Numbered from the stretch's first letter, positions 18,885-30,856 are shown. The stretch is DNA of 64,000 bases from an uncultured Gammaproteobacteria bacterium (GCA_964635715.1 CAZWNZ010000001.1:10358-74357), one strand, 5' to 3'. Notes: generated by a model from the letters alone, not told the origin. A program made the numbers and translations.

Positions 18885-19364
18885 CTACCAACGAAAATGA
18901 CTGAAGGCCTTATTTGCTTCTGCCACCCTTTCCATATCAGTTCTTTTCTTCACTGCCGCACCTTCGCCTTTTGCTGCATCCATTATTTCCGCTGCCAATT
19001 TTGCACCGTAAGTGTGAAATTCCGAGTTGGGTCGGGAATTAGCTGCAGCAACCAACCATCTAATAGCTAATGAGTCGCGTCTCACTCCGCGAACAGCCTG
19101 AGGAACCTGATATGCAGCACCACCGATTCTTCTTGGACGAACCTCCATAGTTGGTTTAATATTTTCCAGAGCCTGATTAAAAACTTTCAACGGATCACCA
19201 TCTGTTTTTTCTTTAATAATGTCGAATGCTTCGTAAACCTCATGTCTGGCCACTGATTTCTTACCATCAAACATACTCCTGTTAATAAGTTTAGTAACAA
19301 GCCTGCTACTGTAAAACGGATCAGGTTCTACGACTCTTACTTTAATTGCTCCTTTTCTTGCCAT
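18885..19364 (-). CDS. rpsG: 30S ribosomal protein S7
   Basis: DGKKSVA, EVRPRRIGGAAYQVP, AEANKAFSHFRW. Confidence 0.98.
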   Translation of the reverse strand: MARKGAIKVRVVEPDPFYSSRLVTKLINRSMFDGKKSVARHEVYEAFDIIKEKTDGDPLKVFNQALENIKPTMEVRPRRIGGAAYQVPQAVRGVRRDSLAIRWLVAAANSRPNSEFHTYGAKLAAEIMDAAKGEGAAVKKRTDMERVAEANKAFSHFRW

Positions 19365-19367
19365 ACT

Positions 19368-19784
19368 TTATTTTGATGCCCCTTTCTTTGCTCCATATTT
19401 GCTTCTTCCCGCCTGACGGCCGGAAACTCCGGTTGTATCATATCTGCCTCTAACTACATGGTATTTGACTCCGGGAAGGTCCTTAACACGCCCTCCTCTT
19501 ACCATAACAATTGAATGCTCCGCAAGTTCATGTCCTTCTCCCGGAATATAAGCTGTAATTTCCTGTTTATTGGAAAGTCTTACTCTGGCAACTTTACGAA
19601 GAGCAGAGTTCGGTTTTTTAGGTGTCATCGTACGGACAGCCAGGACAACCCCTCTTTTAAATGACGAGTGGCTATTGGAAAATTTTCTTGTCACAGCATT
19701 GAAAGACCTCTTTAATGCTGTCGTTTTAGTCTTTCTGAGAACTCTCTTTCTGCCGGTTCTTACTAATTGGTTTATTGTTGGCAT
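19368..19784 (-). CDS. rpsL: 30S ribosomal protein S12
   Basis: [28 protein letters not shown]. Confidence 0.99.
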   Translation of the reverse strand: MPTINQLVRTGRKRVLRKTKTTALKRSFNAVTRKFSNSHSSFKRGVVLAVRTMTPKKPNSALRKVARVRLSNKQEITAYIPGEGHELAEHSIVMVRGGRVKDLPGVKYHVVRGRYDTTGVSGRQAGRSKYGAKKGASK

Positions 19785-19788
19785 ATTT

Positions 19789-22700
19789 TTAATCTTGAGA
19801 TATACGTGCTCTCTCGGGTGATACCGGGATAAGTCTGCCTATAATAACATTCTCCTTAAGGCCAACAAGGTTGTCTTCACGTCCCAAAAGGGATGCCTCA
19901 GTTAGAACATCAGTTGTTTGTTCAAATGACGCAGCTGAAAGCCAGCTGTCTGTGTAAAGAGCACGCCTGGTTATACCCAAAACAACCTGTTGTGCACTTG
20001 CGGGTTCACCTCCGGCTGCCAACACTTTATCGTTTTCTTCATCAAAATTAGTACGTGAGGTTAACTCTCCCGGAAGGAAAGGTGTATCTCCGGTGGTCAC
20101 TATTCTAACCTCATCACTCATTTTTCTAACTATAACTTCTATGTGCCTGTCGTTAATCGGAATCCCCTGTGATTCATAAACTTTCTGAATTTCATTAACA
20201 ATATATTCTTGTGCCGAACGAAGACCCTTTATCGATAATATATCTTTTATATCCAATGATCCTTTAGACAAGGCTTTTCCTGCCTCAATTAATTCTCCGT
20301 CCTCAACAGCCAACTCTAAAGTTTTTGGAATTATGTATTCCTTCTCTTCTTTAGGTGTCCCTTTGCTGGTAACTGTAACTTTCCAACCATCATCAGATTC
20401 AGAAACTCGCACTTTTCCTGTAATCTCTGAAAGTGCCGAAACAACTTTGGGAAGACGGGCTTCAACTAATTCCTCAACACGAGGAAGACCCTGGGTAACA
20501 TCAACACCTACAACACCGGCTGAATGTTTAGTACGAAGAGTAAGTTGAGTTCCGGGTTCTCCGATTGACTGAGCGGCAACAACTCCGACAGGTGAACCCA
20601 CTTCAACCAAAGATTTTGTTCCAAGATCCCATCCATAACACTTTACACAAATTCCACGTCTGGCTTTGCAGGTAAGAGGGGATCTTATAATAACCGATTC
20701 AATTCCCTCTGCATCAATCTTTTTAGCCGCTACCTCATCTATAATCTCGCCTGCTGGTACAATAACTGTCTTTTTACTCTTACCTACAACATCTTTTGCA
20801 GCAAACCTGCCCATAATTCTGGCAGCAAATGATTGTGGTCTGATTTCTTTCTTAACTTCAAAGCCTTCTTTTGCTCCACAATCATCAAGTCTAACGATAA
20901 GGTCATGTGCCACATCAACAAGTCTACGTGTAAGATAACCCGCATCAGCGGTCTTGATAGCTGTATCAGTAAGTCCCTTTCTTGATCCACGGGAGGATGT
21001 AACATATTCAAATTCGGAAAGGCCTTCTCTGAAATTGCTCTTAATGGGAAGCTCAACAATCTTACCCATAGGGTCAACTACCAAACCGCGGATGGCGGCC
21101 AGCTGTTTGACCTGATCCCTTGAGGCACGTCCGACTTTTGCGTCAATAACTATACGTATCGGGTTTGTTGGCTCCATTTCATTCCATGTTTTGTCTGCCA
21201 AATCCTCAGAAACGTCAATCCAAACTTCCTGAGTGAGGCGTCTCTTTTCTTCAGCTGTAATAAGACCCTGATTAAAGTTTTCCTCTATCTCAGAAACTTT
21301 TTTATCAGCTTCACCAAGAACCTTGGCTTTGCCTGGATAAACTTTGGCATCAAAAATTCCGAATGAAATTCCGGAAATTGTTCCACCATAAAATCCTAAA
21401 TCTTTAACATCGTCAACAAGCTGGACGACTCTTTCTCTGGACACTGTTGAGTACGCTTTAACAAACAAACCTTTTATTACAGAAGACGTAACCGACTCAT
21501 TTATGAAATCAAAATTTTCTGGCAAAACTTCATTGAAAAGAAGTCTACCGACTGTTGTCTCAATGATTTTTTTATCCAATCTAACTTGTATCTTTTGCCT
21601 AATATCAATTTTTCCGATTTGTTGAGCAAAGATTGCTTCCTCTTTATCGGAAAAAATGGTCGGGTAGACTTTAAGATCAGTGTTGGCTGATGTCAGATAG
21701 AAAACGCCAAGTGCAATTTCTTTGCTAGAAGGAGTCGCTGCCGGACCTCCATCACTAGGTTTTAACAAATTGTTTGTAGGAAGCATTAGTGTCTTAGCTT
21801 CTTCAACTGCTTTATCTGAAAGCGGAACATGTACAGCCATCTGATCTCCGTCAAAATCAGCATTAAATCCGCTACAAACTGCAGGATGAAGTCTTATAGC
21901 ACTTCCCTCAATAAGAACCGGATAGAATGATTGAATTGAAAGTTTGTGTAAAGTAGGTGCACGATTCAAAAGAACAGGATGATCTTTGGTAATTTCCTCC
22001 AAAATATCAAAAACCTCCGGCGGGCGTCTTTCGAGCATGTTCTTAGCACTTTTAACATTCGGGGCAATTCCGCGTGCAATCATTTCACGAAGCACAAACG
22101 GCTTAAACATCTCAAGAGCCATGTCTTTTGGAAGTCCGCATTGAGTAAGTTTTAATTCAGGCCCAACGATGATAACGCTACGTCCTGAGTAATCAACACG
22201 CTTACCCAAAAGATTCTGTCTAAATCTTCCTTGTTTTCCTCGAAGCATGTCTGAAAGAGATCTAAGAGGTTGTCTACCCCTAGATTTCCTGGTCGCTTTT
22301 CTTTGAGATGCATCAATCAAAGAATCCACAGCCTCCTGAAGCATTCTTTTCTCATTTCGTAGTATTATTTCAGGAGCTCCAAGACCAATAAGGTGTTTTA
22401 AACGATTATTTCTATTAATAACCCTTCTATAGAGATCATTTAAGTCAGATGTTGCAAAACGCCCACCAGAAAGCTGAACCATTGGGCGGAGGTCAGGAGG
22501 TAAAACCGGTAAGACTTTCAAAACCATCCATGCCGGATTGATTTTGGCACGCTTAAGACCATCAATAAGTTTAAGTCTTTTAACTATCTTAATATATTTC
22601 GAGCTTCCACCTTTTGTAGAATTAATCTCTTCGCGAAGCTCCTTGGCTACTTCTTCAATGTTTACTTTACCTATTGCCTCAAGAACAGCGTCAGCACCCA

Positions 22701-23508
22701 TTTTGGCTGTAAAGAATTCTGTCGCTTCATGTTCATAGAGCTCATCGTATTCCTCTTCACTTAAAATGCTTAAGGGTTTTAATCCTTTAACAATAATTGT
22801 AAGGTTGTCAAAAAGCTCGCTTGTGCGGGCGATCGTGTTTTTCTCTTCCTCATTAAGTGCGGCCTCCTTTTTTCTAAGGTTAAGTTCAATTTCAGCCAGT
22901 GCCAATGATGCCTGTTCTTTATCTTTAATTTTTGTTTCAACTTTTCCTTTCGCCTCATTTTCTTCAACTTTAAGAGCATCGCGTTTTGATTTAAAGCTCT
23001 CAGCTATCTCGTTCAAACTTTCTTCTTTTGCCTCAAGAATGTTTTTGATAGAAGCTTTCCTGCCTTCTTCATCAACTTCAGTAACCAAATACCTGGCGAA
23101 ATAAATTACCTGTTCAACTCCCCTGGGAGCCACACCCAAAAGAAGAGAGATTTTGCTGGGAGCTCCTTTGAAAAACCAAACGTGAGCAACGGGGGTGGCT
23201 AAAGTAATATGACCCATTCTTTCGCGCCTGACACGACTTTCGGTGACTTCAACTCCACATTTGTCGCAAATCACACCCTTGTATCTTATTCTCTTGTATT
23301 TTCCACAGTAACATTCCCAATCCTTTGTCGGACCAAAAATGCGCTCATCAAAAAGTCCGTCTTTTTCAGGTTTTAAGGTTCTATAATTGATAGTTTCTGG
23401 TTTAGTAATTTCTCCACGAGACCATGCACGAATCTCCTCAGGAGAGGCCAACCTTATAATTAAACTTTTAAAATCCGCTAAATTTTTAAGATCTGTTAAT
23501 TGTTCCAT
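19789..23508 (-). CDS. rpoC: RNA polymerase beta' subunit
   Basis: NADFDGDQM catalytic motif, Zn fingers, [13 protein letters not shown]. Confidence 0.99.
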   Translation of the reverse strand: MEQLTDLKNLADFKSLIIRLASPEEIRAWSRGEITKPETINYRTLKPEKDGLFDERIFGPTKDWECYCGKYKRIRYKGVICDKCGVEVTESRVRRERMGHITLATPVAHVWFFKGAPSKISLLLGVAPRGVEQVIYFARYLVTEVDEEGRKASIKNILEAKEESLNEIAESFKSKRDALKVEENEAKGKVETKIKDKEQASLALAEIELNLRKKEAALNEEEKNTIARTSELFDNLTIIVKGLKPLSILSEEEYDELYEHEATEFFTAKMGADAVLEAIGKVNIEEVAKELREEINSTKGGSSKYIKIVKRLKLIDGLKRAKINPAWMVLKVLPVLPPDLRPMVQLSGGRFATSDLNDLYRRVINRNNRLKHLIGLGAPEIILRNEKRMLQEAVDSLIDASQRKATRKSRGRQPLRSLSDMLRGKQGRFRQNLLGKRVDYSGRSVIIVGPELKLTQCGLPKDMALEMFKPFVLREMIARGIAPNVKSAKNMLERRPPEVFDILEEITKDHPVLLNRAPTLHKLSIQSFYPVLIEGSAIRLHPAVCSGFNADFDGDQMAVHVPLSDKAVEEAKTLMLPTNNLLKPSDGGPAATPSSKEIALGVFYLTSANTDLKVYPTIFSDKEEAIFAQQIGKIDIRQKIQVRLDKKIIETTVGRLLFNEVLPENFDFINESVTSSVIKGLFVKAYSTVSRERVVQLVDDVKDLGFYGGTISGISFGIFDAKVYPGKAKVLGEADKKVSEIEENFNQGLITAEEKRRLTQEVWIDVSEDLADKTWNEMEPTNPIRIVIDAKVGRASRDQVKQLAAIRGLVVDPMGKIVELPIKSNFREGLSEFEYVTSSRGSRKGLTDTAIKTADAGYLTRRLVDVAHDLIVRLDDCGAKEGFEVKKEIRPQSFAARIMGRFAAKDVVGKSKKTVIVPAGEIIDEVAAKKIDAEGIESVIIRSPLTCKARRGICVKCYGWDLGTKSLVEVGSPVGVVAAQSIGEPGTQLTLRTKHSAGVVGVDVTQGLPRVEELVEARLPKVVSALSEITGKVRVSESDDGWKVTVTSKGTPKEEKEYIIPKTLELAVEDGELIEAGKALSKGSLDIKDILSIKGLRSAQEYIVNEIQKVYESQGIPINDRHIEVIVRKMSDEVRIVTTGDTPFLPGELTSRTNFDEENDKVLAAGGEPASAQQVVLGITRRALYTDSWLSAASFEQTTDVLTEASLLGREDNLVGLKENVIIGRLIPVSPERARISQD

Positions 23509-23520
23509 GAAATTCGTATT

Positions 23521-26500
23521 TTAACTCACAATCTCTGTTACTTCCATCGGACCTTTGTCTTCTGTTAACTCATCTGTTGCAACAATTTCTGCCCCGGCAG
23601 CTTCAGCCAGTTGTTCACCTTCCGCTAGATCGACAGAAGAAGTGTCTTTTACAACTACTGCACCTTTAGGATCAATTGATAAACCTAAAGAATTAAGTTC
23701 TCTAACTAAAACTTTAAAGCTTTCCGGAATTGTCGATTCTGGAATTTCTGTTCCTTTAACTATCGCTTCAAAAGCCTTTGCACGACCCAAAACATCATCG
23801 GATTTTATCGTCAACATTTCCTGCAAAGTGTGAGACGCTCTGTGTGCTTCAAGCGCCCAAACCTCCATTTCACCAAGGCGCTGACCTCCCATTTGAGCTT
23901 TACCTCCAAGAGGTTGTTGAGTAACCAAAGAATATGGACCTGTAGATCTGGCATGTGTTTTGTCTTCTACCATGTGAGTAAGTTTCATTATGTAAGAAAC
24001 TCCGACGACTGTTTCTTCCTCAAATGACTGGCCGGTTCTACCATCATAAAGCCTGGTTTTTCCATTAACCGGAAGTCCTGCCTTTTTAAGCTCGTCGGCA
24101 ATAACATCAGCATCAATTTTGTCAAAAACAGGAAGTGCTCCTTTAATTCCTTCTGATTTCAACGCCCAACCAAGGTGAGCTTCCATAAGTTGACCCAAAT
24201 TCATACGGGAAATAACAGAAAGAGGTGAAATTAGAATGTCGACCGAAGTTCCGTCCTCCAAATAAGGCATGTCTGCTACGGGCATAATTTTGCTCACAAC
24301 ACCTTTATTTCCATGACGTCCGGCAACTTTATCACCAACAGTGATCTTTCTAATTTGGGCAACTCTGATAATCACTTTCTTAATTACACCCGGGCCAAGT
24401 TCGTCACCTTTGTCGCGATCAAGAATCTGAACTTCAACAACAGTTCCACGTTCTCCATGTGGAACCCTCAAAGAAGTATCACGCACTTCTCTTGCCTTTT
24501 CTCCGAATATTGCCCTAAGAAGTCTTTCTTCCGATGTCAATTCCGTTTCACCCTTGGGGGCAATTTTACCAACTAGAATATCATTTGGTCCAACTTCAGC
24601 TCCAATCATAACAATTCCATCACTTGCCAAATTGGCAAGTTCAGCCTCGGATACATTGGGGATATCATTTGTAATTTCTTCCGGTCCAAGCTTTGTATCA
24701 ACAACTTCGGCTTCGTATTCTTCGATGTGAACAGATGTTAAAAGATCTTCTTTAACAAGCCTGTCTGAAATAAGGATTGCGTCTTCAAATCCGTAACCTC
24801 CAAGGCTGGTGTATGCGATAGTGAGGTTTCGACCCAAACCAAGTTCTCCATCTTCACTGGAAGGTCCATCTATCAAAAGATCACCGGGAACAACTTTTCC
24901 ACCCGGTTTAATTCTGGTTATTTGGTTATAGCAGGTTGAATGAGCTGTTCTTTTAAATTTTGTGAGATAGTACACCTCTTTAGTGCCGCCATCGGTCACC
25001 TCAACATCCCCATCTGTCATATCTCCGTCTTTTAGTTTCTTTTCAAGCTTAACAACCACTTTTTCGCCATCAGCAAACTCCACAACACCCGAATGTTTTG
25101 CCCTTATGACTCTCTGCATACCGGAAGAAATTTCGCCTTCCATTCCGGTTCCAACGATTGGAGATTCAGGATTCACTAAAGGAACTGCCTGACACTGCAT
25201 GTTAGATCCCATAAGTGCACGGTTTCCTTCATCATTTGCAAGAAATGGAATTAACGAAGCGGAAGCGCCAATAACCTGACGGGGTGTGACATCGATATAT
25301 TCAACCAAGTTTGCAGGACCCTCGATAAACTTTCCCTTATACCTTAGAGGTACTCTTTTGTCTGTTAGATAGCCTTTCTCATCCATACCAACTCCTGAAT
25401 GTGTGATGTAATGATCTTCTTCATCATCAGCTGTCAAATAAACAATTTCATCACTAACCTTAGCTTTTTTGCCTTCTTTAACAACTTTTTTATATAAGGT
25501 TTCTATAAAACCAAACTCATCAACCTTGGCATATAAGGCCAAATAGGTAACAAGTCCAATGTTTGGTCCCTCCGGACTTCTTATTGGATCAATTCTTCCA
25601 TATTGAGAAGCATTAACGTCACGAATAGAGAAGGATGCTCTTTCTCTATTGATTCCACCTGTTCCCAGTACGGAAACACGTCTAAGATTATCGACTTCGC
25701 TCAGGGGATTTGTGTCATCCAAAATTGTGGAAAGTTGATTACTTCTAAAAAATTCATTCAATGATGCTATTAACGGTCTGGCGTTAATTAAAGTCGCAGG
25801 AAGCGGCTTGTCATCCGGAGAAATCAAGCTCATTTTTTCCTTAACACTTCTCTCCAGCCTCAAAAGTCCGACCCTAAAAGCGTTAACAGCCACAAGCTCA
25901 CCAACGCGCCTTAATCTGCGGTTACTTAAATGGTCTATATCGTCAACTTTGCCCGATCCGTTCTGCAATCCAACAAGATAGGATATTGTGGCCACTGCAT
26001 CCTGTTTGGTTAATACCCAATTGGCTTTTTCATTAGGAATACTAATATCAAGTTTTTTGTTGATTTTAAATCTTCCGACTTTACCTAAATCATACCTTCT
26101 GCCGTCTGTAAAAAGAGATGCAAAGAGTCCCTCGGCATTTTCTAAAACCGCTGGCTCACCCGGTCTCATCTTTCTGTAAATTTCAATCAAAGCTTCCTCT
26201 CTGGTTTTTGTAGCATCTTTATTTAAAGTCGCAGTAATATATTTATGATCCTTGTCTGTATCTACAGTTTTGAACGCATCAATTATTGCCTGATCACTAT
26301 CCAAACCTAAAGCACGAAGAAATGTAGAAGCCAAAACTTTCCTGCGTCTATCAATTCTGGCATAAATAAGATCCCCCCTTGTAATCTCGAACTCAAGCCA
26401 GCTGCCGTGAAGAGGACGTACTTCGGCTTTATAAAGAATTCTTCCTGAAGAAGGATCAAGTTCACCGGAAAAATAAGCACCCGGAGATCTGACAATCTGA

Positions 26501-26892
26501 TTAATAACCGCCCTCTCAATCCCATTAATAATAAATGTTCCCGCCGAAGTCATTTGAGGAATGTCTCCTAAGAAAACATCCTGGGAGACTTCAGATCCGG
26601 TTCTTTTATTAACAAGCGTTGCGCGAATCTTTAGAGGGGAGGAATACGTTATACCTTTTTTCTGTGCAAGTCTTGGAGAAATTCCTGGAAGACCTAGTGA
26701 ATGTTCGCCCAAAAACAGCTGCCAATTTTTGCCTGTAAAATCATCGATCGGAGAAACTGTTATGAGCTCTTCTTTTATACCCTCAGATAAAAACCATTGC
26801 CAACTTTCTCTTTGTACTTGGCTTAAATTAATTTCTGGTAAATCCTTTTCCTCCTTACCAAAATTTTTGCGGGTTTGTTTTTGAACTCTCAT
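23521..26892 (-). CDS. rpoB: RNA polymerase beta subunit
   Basis: GDKVAGRHGNKG, GGQRLGEMEVWALE. Confidence 0.99.
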   Translation of the reverse strand: MRVQKQTRKNFGKEEKDLPEINLSQVQRESWQWFLSEGIKEELITVSPIDDFTGKNWQLFLGEHSLGLPGISPRLAQKKGITYSSPLKIRATLVNKRTGSEVSQDVFLGDIPQMTSAGTFIINGIERAVINQIVRSPGAYFSGELDPSSGRILYKAEVRPLHGSWLEFEITRGDLIYARIDRRRKVLASTFLRALGLDSDQAIIDAFKTVDTDKDHKYITATLNKDATKTREEALIEIYRKMRPGEPAVLENAEGLFASLFTDGRRYDLGKVGRFKINKKLDISIPNEKANWVLTKQDAVATISYLVGLQNGSGKVDDIDHLSNRRLRRVGELVAVNAFRVGLLRLERSVKEKMSLISPDDKPLPATLINARPLIASLNEFFRSNQLSTILDDTNPLSEVDNLRRVSVLGTGGINRERASFSIRDVNASQYGRIDPIRSPEGPNIGLVTYLALYAKVDEFGFIETLYKKVVKEGKKAKVSDEIVYLTADDEEDHYITHSGVGMDEKGYLTDKRVPLRYKGKFIEGPANLVEYIDVTPRQVIGASASLIPFLANDEGNRALMGSNMQCQAVPLVNPESPIVGTGMEGEISSGMQRVIRAKHSGVVEFADGEKVVVKLEKKLKDGDMTDGDVEVTDGGTKEVYYLTKFKRTAHSTCYNQITRIKPGGKVVPGDLLIDGPSSEDGELGLGRNLTIAYTSLGGYGFEDAILISDRLVKEDLLTSVHIEEYEAEVVDTKLGPEEITNDIPNVSEAELANLASDGIVMIGAEVGPNDILVGKIAPKGETELTSEERLLRAIFGEKAREVRDTSLRVPHGERGTVVEVQILDRDKGDELGPGVIKKVIIRVAQIRKITVGDKVAGRHGNKGVVSKIMPVADMPYLEDGTSVDILISPLSVISRMNLGQLMEAHLGWALKSEGIKGALPVFDKIDADVIADELKKAGLPVNGKTRLYDGRTGQSFEEETVVGVSYIMKLTHMVEDKTHARSTGPYSLVTQQPLGGKAQMGGQRLGEMEVWALEAHRASHTLQEMLTIKSDDVLGRAKAFEAIVKGTEIPESTIPESFKVLVRELNSLGLSIDPKGAVVVKDTSSVDLAEGEQLAEAAGAEIVATDELTEDKGPMEVTEIVS

Positions 26893-26972
26893 TATGTTTG
26901 GAAATTAAAACAACTAAAGACCCGCCACCATGAAGCGAGACGAGCGTACCATTCACGTACGCCTAAGATGGG

Positions 26973-27000
26973 ATTATACCTATATTTTCTCCTTTGTCAA
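26973..27000 (-). promoter_or_regulatory. Sigma70 promoter for rpoBC
   Basis: TTGACA-16 nt-TATAAT; short GC-rich hairpins in the leader (26920-26962). Confidence 0.75.
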
Positions 27001-27117
27001 GGACAAAAAGTTACCAGTAATCAGTTATTAGTAACCAGTCAGTTAATAAAGTGGCTAAGTTACTTAGAAACTGAATTACTAACTGATTATTGAATACTGG
27101 TCAACTATTCAACTTTT

Positions 27118-28068
27118 TTATCTGAGGTATTTTGCAATATTTGCATTGTGCTCACTCAAAGTTTTTGCATAATGTATCTTGCCATTCGTATCATGAATGT
27201 AATACCAATAATTATTACTCTCGGGGTCAAGCGCCGCCTTTATTGATGAAAGTCCCGGATTGGCAATTGGGGTTGGTGGAAAGCCTTGATATTTATAAGT
27301 ATTGTATGAAGAGGTTGTCGACAAATCTTCCAATGTTAATATTGGCCACCAGTCTTTTGATGTGCCGACGGCATACTGAACCGAAGCGTCTACTTGTAAA
27401 GGCCAGCCTGCATCAAGCCTGTTAAGTAAAATTCCGGCAACAACAGGCCTTTCTCCATCTGTTTTTGTTTCTCTTTCTATTAATGATGCTAAAACTACTA
27501 CCTGAGAAAAGGAAAGACCTGAATTGTTTTTGATACCTTCTGTCTTGGCTGTAAAAGTATCTGTCATTTTCTGAACAACAAAGTCCGCTGTCACATCTCT
27601 CGGGAAAAGATAAGTTTCTGGAAATAAATATCCTTCTTTACCTTTTGAGGCCTCCAAAAATTCTGTAACAAAAGATGCATCTTTATCCAAAACCGTCACA
27701 AACTTTTGTGCAATTTCCTCCCTTCTTAATCCTTCCGGAATTGTAACCCAAAGCTCAACGGGACCTTTCATAAGTGCATTAACCGTTTGAAACAATGAAT
27801 AAGAAGGCGTTAGCATAAATTCACCGGCTTGCACTTTTCCTGTTTGACCTGAGAATTGAAGATATATTTTGAAAGCAAGCGCACTTTTGATCAGGCCTGC
27901 CGATTCAAGTTTGTTACCTATTTGTGATACAGATGACCCTTTATTTATAACAAAGTAGTCAAAATGTTCTTCTGTACTTACAGATCCGGAGTTTTTATAA
28001 AAAAAATAGCCTCCGAAGGCAGCAATAGCAATAACTACCAGGAATAAAAACACTAATATTTTTTTCAT
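27118..28068 (-). CDS. mltG: Endolytic transglycosylase MltG (YceG)
   Basis: EGYLFPETY, LASLIERE, LQVDASVQY, YNTY..GFPPTPIANPG. Confidence 0.93.
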   Translation of the reverse strand: MKKILVFLFLVVIAIAAFGGYFFYKNSGSVSTEEHFDYFVINKGSSVSQIGNKLESAGLIKSALAFKIYLQFSGQTGKVQAGEFMLTPSYSLFQTVNALMKGPVELWVTIPEGLRREEIAQKFVTVLDKDASFVTEFLEASKGKEGYLFPETYLFPRDVTADFVVQKMTDTFTAKTEGIKNNSGLSFSQVVVLASLIERETKTDGERPVVAGILLNRLDAGWPLQVDASVQYAVGTSKDWWPILTLEDLSTTSSYNTYKYQGFPPTPIANPGLSSIKAALDPESNNYWYYIHDTNGKIHYAKTLSEHNANIAKYLR

Positions 28069-28073
28069 AAAAC

Positions 28074-28277
28074 TCAGGCCACCTCGTCAAGAAGAGCGCG
28101 CCTGTACTTATCAGTTTTGAGGTTGTGAATAAAAATCCTTCCGCATTTAACACAAGTTACTTGTTCGCCATATTTCGAATTTTTAGTTTTTCCGTCAGAA
28201 AGGGGTGTTCCACAACCAACACACCTTCCCTGAGAAAGTAGCCAGGCCTGCATTGGTGCGATTATACTTTTAAACAT
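28074..28277 (-). CDS. Small zinc-ribbon protein
   Basis: CVGCG...CVKCG; sits directly upstream of mltG. Confidence 0.7.
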   Translation of the reverse strand: MFKSIIAPMQAWLLSQGRCVGCGTPLSDGKTKNSKYGEQVTCVKCGRIFIHNLKTDKYRRALLDEVA

Positions 28278-28423
28278 TCTAATAAATTATACCATGAAGC
28301 GCTCTAGGTCAAGCTGATAAAACCTTTGGACACAAACCGAGCCCTAAACAGAAAATCATCAACACCAAAAAAGTGTGAATCAAATCTGCCTAGGGCTCGT
28401 AAAACTATTCAAATCAAAGAGAG

Positions 28424-28972
28424 TTATTCATAAACATGGGGTCCACCAGGTGTATCACCAAGATTGGTTTCATTGTAATCAGTTACTAAAATTCCTTGAC
28501 GCCTATCCGGGGATGTTATTACAACATCCTCTTCATAATCTTCATCACCACAATGACAAAATCTAGCCTGACATTTTCCACCACAATGTTCATAAATGTA
28601 ATGACCACAATCACATTTCTCAAATTCAAATTGATCAACATTTCCAATTTGAAATTTTGAATTTCTTTCTCTTTCAATATAGTCATTCACTACTGCGTAT
28701 TTGGTACTGAAGCACCATGGAAAACATTTTGGACGACCTTTACTTCCCCTAGAAACAAGGAAACATAAACTTTCTCCTGCTTTGGGGTATGGGAGGTCAT
28801 ATGGCACATCAAGTTTACTAAAAGCAATTTCACTATTTCTGATTTCTAGCGCTCTACCGTCACCAAAATGAAGAAATATTTCAACATCTTCTCCGTCTGG
28901 CTTCACAAAACCATAACCTTTCACCTTATCAAACCAAACAACTCTTCCAAATTTTAATTCCATTTCACTCAC
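28424..28972 (-). CDS. Cold-shock-domain protein with Cys/His-rich C-terminal domain
   Basis: GRVVWFDKVKGYGFVKPDG..EIFLHF (RNP1/RNP2); CDCGHYIYEHCGGKC..CHC. Confidence 0.75.
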   Translation of the reverse strand: MSEMELKFGRVVWFDKVKGYGFVKPDGEDVEIFLHFGDGRALEIRNSEIAFSKLDVPYDLPYPKAGESLCFLVSRGSKGRPKCFPWCFSTKYAVVNDYIERERNSKFQIGNVDQFEFEKCDCGHYIYEHCGGKCQARFCHCGDEDYEEDVVITSPDRRQGILVTDYNETNLGDTPGGPHVYE

Positions 28973-29234
28973 TCACGTTTCGATTCTTTTGTCGCTTGCC
29001 CGCAAGGGTTCAAGTATCAGGAATCTAGCTACTTAAAAAGCAGCATTCCGAGCACAGTTTAAGTATGCCCAGAGTGCTGCCTTCAAATAGCTTTAGAGCA
29101 AGTTATCTCTTTGAAAGTTAAAGAACTTTTTGGCTAAGCTCAAGGCTATAGCCAAACTCGAATTCCAAGCAAATATAGAATTCAAGTATCCGATAGTATA
29201 ATATATCAGGGGCTAAAAATCCAGTGTATTACTG

Positions 29235-29612
29235 TTACGTAACACTAGTACACTTTGAGGATTGGCGGCTGGGTCGAAAATTATTTTTTTCAAATTTTTT
29301 ACTCCAAATAATACTAACCTCAACAAACCCTTTATTTATTAAATCTTGAGGTAAATTTTTAAAAGGACAACTACCAGCTCTCTCTAATTCACCAATAATC
29401 TTTCTTGCAATAGTAACTTGATTTTCGGTTGATTTTAAAACAGTGGCCATTTCACTAAGATTCAGGCCGGGAATACGCCTATGTTCCCAAAAATGATTTA
29501 CTAAATGAGCCGCACCATTTATATCCATTAATTGATTTTCCGGAAGGTCTTTAAGAAATGAGAGATCGAGTTCTTGTCTGGAATTGTCAGTTTCTTTTGA
29601 TTGCTCTACCAT
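29235..29612 (-). CDS. Hypothetical protein
   Basis: 125-aa ORF with TATAAT 7 nt before the ATG. Confidence 0.5.
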   Translation of the reverse strand: MVEQSKETDNSRQELDLSFLKDLPENQLMDINGAAHLVNHFWEHRRIPGLNLSEMATVLKSTENQVTIARKIIGELERAGSCPFKNLPQDLINKGFVEVSIIWSKKFEKNNFRPSRQSSKCTSVT

Positions 29613-29650
29613 AACTGGAATTATATTAAGAATAATCGCAAAGTCAAAAA

Positions 29651-30034
29651 TTAGAAATTTAAATAATTTTGAAGCATTATGGCGGCGGCGTAGGCGTCTT
29701 CCATTTCTTTACGTTTCTTCCTGCCTATTCCGGCCTCTATTGATAAAGTTTGTGCATCGTGTGAAGTTAAAGTTTCGTCAAATGTTTCGACACTAATGGC
29801 CAATGGCAAATGACTAATGGCTAAAGCAAAGTTTTTACTTTCTTCTCCCATTTCTCCTTCCGAAACACCTACTACAACTTTTTCTATTTCCTCTTTTTCG
29901 ATAATTTTTTTAATCTCATTGATTAATAAATCCCCATCTTTGTATCTAATCACTTTGAGCGGTTCCGCCAACGGCCCGTCAGCCAAAGCCAACCCAACCT
30001 TACTCCTGCCATAATCAATTCCAAGTATTTTCAT
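29651..30034 (-). CDS. ruvX: Holliday junction resolvase-like/pre-16S rRNA nuclease YqgF (RuvX)
   Basis: ILGIDYGRSKVGLA, DETLTS, DAYAAAIMLQNYL. Confidence 0.93.
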   Translation of the reverse strand: MKILGIDYGRSKVGLALADGPLAEPLKVIRYKDGDLLINEIKKIIEKEEIEKVVVGVSEGEMGEESKNFALAISHLPLAISVETFDETLTSHDAQTLSIEAGIGRKKRKEMEDAYAAAIMLQNYLNF

Positions 30035-30121
30035 AAATTAGTATTTAGTAGTTAGAAATTAGAAACTAGATCTGGAATGTATTTTAGCAGTTCCTAACTA
30101 CTAACTTCTAGATTCCAACTC

Positions 30122-30811
30122 CTAGTCTTCGGGTGGAACCACCCTTGCCCTCACAATAAGTCTTTTCGGATATCTGGGGTCTCCCGGAGGTATGCAGGTT
30201 ACAAGAGTTATAAAAGAATCGCTGGAATCCTGATCCAGCACTTGCAAATCGGTCGGTGCAACCTCAAACATCTCTTCCACTTTGTAGGTGTATGATACGC
30301 CGTCATAATCGACGAACACAAAATCTCCGACCTTCATTGTCGGCAGCATTGTAAAAATAGAGATATAATTTTTCGGATTATTGAAAATCGGCAAAATTGA
30401 ATGACCGAATATAACAGCATTGCCGCGTTTTCCCGGAAGAGCTGTTCCCGGATATTGAATGAGGCTTTTGCTCAAATCTTCTCCGCCTATTGCCACTGTT
30501 GCCGATTCTATCTTGAGTTTTGGTATTGAGAGTGTGTAATAAGACACTTTTTCTGCGGTGAAATCCTCTACTGTTGCTCCGTTGGTAAACCAGCTGCTGG
30601 CCATGGTATCTTCTGTTCCTATGCCTGTCGATTCCGTCATAACTTTTTGTATCTGACCCTCCGAGTCGGCCAGCGGAGAAATTAGCTTGGTATAATTTTT
30701 CGAATATGTAGCATCATAGCTGACAATCGGATAAATCACCCCTATTAAAATGACTATTCCTGAAATACCTGAAATTAAAGCTGATATGCGCAATATTGTC
30801 TTTTGTTTCAT
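30122..30811 (-). CDS. Sortase
   Basis: N-terminal TM, LSIPKLKI, GNAVIFGH, TLVTC..RLIVRA (His/Cys/Arg triad). Confidence 0.92.
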   Translation of the reverse strand: MKQKTILRISALISGISGIVILIGVIYPIVSYDATYSKNYTKLISPLADSEGQIQKVMTESTGIGTEDTMASSWFTNGATVEDFTAEKVSYYTLSIPKLKIESATVAIGGEDLSKSLIQYPGTALPGKRGNAVIFGHSILPIFNNPKNYISIFTMLPTMKVGDFVFVDYDGVSYTYKVEEMFEVAPTDLQVLDQDSSDSFITLVTCIPPGDPRYPKRLIVRARVVPPED

Positions 30812-30856
30812 GCCAACAATTTTACTATATATTAATTTACAATCACTCGGGGAAAA

